From Nitrospirales bacterium (GTDB lineage Bacteria; Nitrospirota; Nitrospiria; Nitrospirales; UBA8639): 64,000 nucleotides of DNA. A model generated the notes under the pieces. The model worked only from the letters and a program-made list of their open reading frames with translations, searched no databases and was not told where the DNA came from. Both the position numbers and the translations under genes were made by a program. Shown one piece after another: positions 60,581 to 64,000 of the stretch. Within the stretch, counting starts at the first letter, position 1. Each line of letters begins with the position of its first letter. The stretch lies in contig OY820905.2 in NCBI GenBank assembly GCA_963555755.3, positions 4,192,001 through 4,256,000 of the forward strand. The letters run 5' to 3'.

Positions 60581-61294
60581 ATGACGACTGCAAATGATAA
60601 CACCCTCGATCAGGAAAATGCTCTTCAGCCTAAAATGGTGACCGTGGAGATTGATGGGAAAACCCACCAAGTTCCTGCAGGTATCACATTGATGAAGGCC
60701 CTTTGGTATACCGGCAAGGAAGTGATCCGTGGGGCAGGATGTTTGGGCGGGTTTTGTGGGGCCTGCGGAACCTACTATCGGACCAAGGATGATCCGAAAG
60801 TCAAAACCTGTTTGGCGTGTTCGCATGCCGTCGAAGATGGCATGTCGTTTTCGTTCGCGCCGGCCTTTCCTGCTCGTAAAGCCACGTATGATTTGACCCA
60901 ACTCAAAGATCCCAAGCAAGATTTGTTCGAGCTGTATCCCGAAGCGCCCTTGTGTCGGAATTGCAATGCGTGTACTGAAGCCTGCCCGCAAAGCATCGAT
61001 GTGCGGGAGGGTGTCTGGAAAGCCGTCTTTGGTGATTTTAAAGCGGTGTCGGAAACCTTCATGGATTGTGTGATGTGCGGCATGTGTGCGCCGGTGTGTA
61101 TCGCGGATATTGCGCCTAGCCTTGTTGCTGTCTATGCCAGTCGAGCCTATGGAGTACGGGAAATGGAAAAGCCTCCAGGCCTCTTTGATCGAATTAAAGC
61201 CATTGAAGATGGGCAGTACAAAGAAGACTGGGATCGTGTGTTACACATGACTGATAATGAATTGCAGCAAACCTCAGCCAATATTCAATCCTAG
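60581..61294 (+). CDS. Fumarate reductase-type iron-sulfur subunit
   Basis: 2Fe-2S motif CLGGFCGAC..CLAC plus two CxxCxxCxxxC motifs; adjacent to the flavoprotein. Confidence 0.8.
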   Translation: MTTANDNTLDQENALQPKMVTVEIDGKTHQVPAGITLMKALWYTGKEVIRGAGCLGGFCGACGTYYRTKDDPKVKTCLACSHAVEDGMSFSFAPAFPARKATYDLTQLKDPKQDLFELYPEAPLCRNCNACTEACPQSIDVREGVWKAVFGDFKAVSETFMDCVMCGMCAPVCIADIAPSLVAVYASRAYGVREMEKPPGLFDRIKAIEDGQYKEDWDRVLHMTDNELQQTSANIQS

Positions 61295-61312
61295 GATTTC
61301 ATTATTTACGAA

Positions 61313-62899
61313 ATGGACATTCAAGCTCTCCATGACGTTGTCCACACATCCCGTGACGCTCGACGAAAACACACCCTTCCGAATTTTTCTCCTGCCGAAC
61401 GCGATACGCTCATAAAAAAATATCATCCTGATCATCGTGAGTCGGCGTACCGTCCGATTGTCTTTGGTCCCAATGAAGGGGACCTTACTGTTCGCGAGCT
61501 CGCCTCAGTGTTGGAAGGGGAAAGTCCCATTCCTGCCGATCTGCTGTTAGAACCCGATCATACCGTTGATGTCTTGGTGATTGGAGGCGGAGGTGCTGGT
61601 TGTGCCGCAGCGCTTCATGCGCATGCCGAGGGGGCGAAAGTCTTACTAGCCACAAAGTTGCGCCTTGCGGATTCCAATTCCGTGATGGCTCAAGGTGGGA
61701 TGCAAATCGCGGTGTCTCCGAATGATTCGCCGGTTCAGCATTTTCTCGATACCCTCAAGGGTGGTCACATGAAAAACGACCATGACCTTCTGAAGACGAT
61801 GGTGGAAGAGGGTCCATCGATTGCGAAGTGGTTGTTGGGATTAGGTGTCTTGTTTGATCGGGATGCCGATGGCAACCTACATGTCAAAAAAGGTGGTGGT
61901 AGCACCAAGGAACGTCTGCTGACGTGTTCAGATTACACCGGCCTCGAAATTATGCGAGTGCTCAAGGATGAGGTGCTCAACCAAAAGATTCAGCTTCTGG
62001 AATTTGCCGCAGCCGTTGAATTGCTGAGTGACGAGGATGGCGCGTGCACCGGTGCGGTGCTTCAGGATCTGGACAACAAACGTTTCGTCGTTGTTGCGGC
62101 AAAGACAGTGATCCTAGCCACCGGCGGAATCGGCCGATTACACATTCAAGGATTTCCCACGAGTAATCATTATGGTGCCACGGGTGATGGTTTGGCATTG
62201 GCCTATCGAATCGGTGCTCCGCTCGTACAAATCGATACGTTCCAATATCATCCATCGGGTGGTGTGTATCCTGAGCAATTGGTCGGTCAGTTGGTCACTG
62301 AGGGCATTCGGTCTGAAGGCGGACATTTGGTCAATGTGAACGGCGACCGCTTCGTGAATGAATTAGATACTCGAGATGTCGTGTCTTCATCGATCATTAG
62401 AGAATGTGAAGAAGGCCGTGGCGTGCGAACGGCAACGGGTCGTGTCGGTGTCTGGTTGGATACTCCCTTGTTGGAAGTGGAGCATGGGGAAGGTACGTTG
62501 GATAAGCATTTTCCGGCCATGGTGCGCCAATACGAGCGCTATGGCGTGGATATCCGGAAAGATCCGGTGCTGATTTATCCCACCCTCCACTATCAAAATG
62601 GGGGCGTGAAAATTGACGTCAATAGTGAAACGCCGGTGAAGGATTTATTTGTGGCTGGTGAAACCTCTGGTGGACTGCACGGACGCAATCGATTGATGGG
62701 CAATTCTCTGTTAGACCTCATGGTGTTTGGTAAACGATCGGGTCTTACGGCAGCGGCCCGAGTGACCAAGGCTTCGCAAGGTCAGTTGACGTTGAATCAT
62801 TTGCAGCGTTTCCGAGCCGAAGCTCAGAAGCACGGGGTCACTGGGCAAGTGACGTCCCCAATGGTATTGCCTGCGTATACGCGAACGCCAAATGCGTGA
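61313..62899 (+). CDS. Fumarate reductase/succinate dehydrogenase flavoprotein subunit
   Basis: GGGGAG, AQGG, ATGG, QYHP, TEGIRSEGG, ELDTRD, HYQNGG, GRNRLMGNSL. Confidence 0.9.
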   Translation: MDIQALHDVVHTSRDARRKHTLPNFSPAERDTLIKKYHPDHRESAYRPIVFGPNEGDLTVRELASVLEGESPIPADLLLEPDHTVDVLVIGGGGAGCAAALHAHAEGAKVLLATKLRLADSNSVMAQGGMQIAVSPNDSPVQHFLDTLKGGHMKNDHDLLKTMVEEGPSIAKWLLGLGVLFDRDADGNLHVKKGGGSTKERLLTCSDYTGLEIMRVLKDEVLNQKIQLLEFAAAVELLSDEDGACTGAVLQDLDNKRFVVVAAKTVILATGGIGRLHIQGFPTSNHYGATGDGLALAYRIGAPLVQIDTFQYHPSGGVYPEQLVGQLVTEGIRSEGGHLVNVNGDRFVNELDTRDVVSSSIIRECEEGRGVRTATGRVGVWLDTPLLEVEHGEGTLDKHFPAMVRQYERYGVDIRKDPVLIYPTLHYQNGGVKIDVNSETPVKDLFVAGETSGGLHGRNRLMGNSLLDLMVFGKRSGLTAAARVTKASQGQLTLNHLQRFRAEAQKHGVTGQVTSPMVLPAYTRTPNA

Positions 62900-63026
62900 A
62901 AAATGAAAAATGAAAAATGAAAAATGAAAAATGAAAAATGAAAAATGAAAAATGAAAAATGAAAAATGAAAAATGAAAAATGAAAAATGAAAAATGAAAA
63001 ATGAAAAATGAAAAATGAAAAATGAA
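62897..63026. repeat. Heptanucleotide microsatellite (TGAAAAA)18
   Basis: Perfect array beginning at the flavoprotein TGA stop. Confidence 0.97.
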
Positions 63027-63113
63027 TTTTTTCTTTTCGGCATGTTCTCGCCCCTGAGGGGAGAGGTTAGGTGAGGGGGATTCCCTCAAATCAGAAAATC
63101 AAAAAGGAATCTT

Positions 63114-64000
63114 ATGAACATCCACGAATTTCAAGCGAAACAGTTATTTGCTCAATTTGGTATACCTGTTCCCAAAGGCAAAGAAATAAAAAACGCTCGG
63201 GCCGCTGAAAAATGGGCTGCCGCTCTTGAGACCTCGGTGTATGTGGTCAAGGCACAAATCCACGCGGGTGGGCGCGGCAAAGCGGGTGGAGTGAAAATTA
63301 CCAAGAATAAAGATGAAGTGCCGGGGTTGGCGCAAGAGCTCATCGGGAAAACCTTGGTGACGCATCAAACAGGGCCAAAAGGTAGAAAAGTCCGTCGTTT
63401 GCTGATTGAAGAAGGGGCCGGGATCGACAAAGAGTTGTACCTCAGCCTGCTAGTGGATCGGGATTCTGGATGTCCCACCTTCATTGCCAGTACTGAAGGT
63501 GGAATGGAAATCGAAGAAGTCGCGGAGAAAACTCCAGAAAAAGTGATCAAAGAAACGATTGATCCGGCAGTCGGTTTCCAATCCTACAACGGACGCAATC
63601 TTGCTTTTGCCTTAGGCCTACCGTCCATCGATAAGGCTCTTGCCAATTCGTTTATTCAAATGCTCGGGAATCTGTATCGCCTGTTTTTAGAAAAAGATGC
63701 ATCCATGGTGGAGATTAATCCGCTCGTGATTACCACAGATAAAACGCTCATCGCGCTTGATGGAAAAGTGTCCTTCGATGATAGCGCGTTGTTTAAACAT
63801 CCTGATATCCAAGCGTTCCGCGACTTGCACGAAGAAGATCCCCTTGAGATTGAAGCCGAGAAGCACAATCTCAATTATGTGAAATTGGATGGGGATATTG
63901 GGTGTATGGTCAATGGCGCCGGCCTGGCCATGGCGACCATGGATGTCATCAAGTTAGCAGGTGCCGAGCCCTCCAACTTTTTAGATGTCGGTGGTGGGGC
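63114..64000 (+). CDS. sucC: Succinyl-CoA synthetase beta subunit (runs off window end)
   Basis: Manual translation MNIHEFQAKQLF..VVKAQIHAGGRGKAGG..EINP..NGAGLAMATMD..NFLDVGGG. Confidence 0.95.
   Translation, partial: MNIHEFQAKQLFAQFGIPVPKGKEIKNARAAEKWAAALETSVYVVKAQIHAGGRGKAGGVKITKNKDEVPGLAQELIGKTLVTHQTGPKGRKVRRLLIEEGAGIDKELYLSLLVDRDSGCPTFIASTEGGMEIEEVAEKTPEKVIKETIDPAVGFQSYNGRNLAFALGLPSIDKALANSFIQMLGNLYRLFLEKDASMVEINPLVITTDKTLIALDGKVSFDDSALFKHPDIQAFRDLHEEDPLEIEAEKHNLNYVKLDGDIGCMVNGAGLAMATMDVIKLAGAEPSNFLDVGGG

Noticed and set aside
62711..63089. ORFs with FFIFHFS repeats
   Set aside because: They are translations of the microsatellite reverse strand.
1..64000. tRNA, rRNA or known riboswitches (e.g. 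TPP before thiD, FMN before ribD)
   Set aside because: No recognisable signature was seen by eye. An Infernal/tRNAscan run would be needed to exclude them formally.

Overview
Bacterial chromosomal window, most consistent with a Nitrospirota (Nitrospirales-like) chemolithoautotroph. This assignment is inferred from the aclB-aclA-aconitase-fumarate reductase-sucC reductive-TCA cluster, ppdK and the style of the interspersed palindromic repeats. Housekeeping blocks lie at both ends: dnaE 5' end, thiD, glyQS, ppdK, ribD and elbB on the left, and the rTCA cluster on the right. They flank a repeat-rich accessory middle. That middle holds a VapBC-like pair, a YukJ/DUF2278-LTD gene cleanly split by a 2 kb TPR-gene insertion, a partly duplicated IS1595, and a 7 kb ISAs1 composite transposon with a 10-bp TSD. 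It also holds an iron-related island (Fur boxes, porin, FMN-binding protein, ApbE, Fe3+ ABC transporter, Fur), a fragmented comEA/minor-pilin locus, and at least six MITE/REP-like repeat families, often nested. Top leads: (1) a non-phage Mu Com-like zinc-finger gene followed by two Com-box-like RNA hairpins (GAG-NN-CC-N4-GAG-NN-CC), the proximal one overlapping a hairpin that can hide the porin RBS, at the head of a Fur-boxed flavinylation operon; (2) two unrelated IS families (ISAs1, IS66) that both carry a DUF4338/DruA-like domain, fused to a -1-frameshifted transposase in ISAs1. All family assignments come from motif recognition by eye; no database searches were run.
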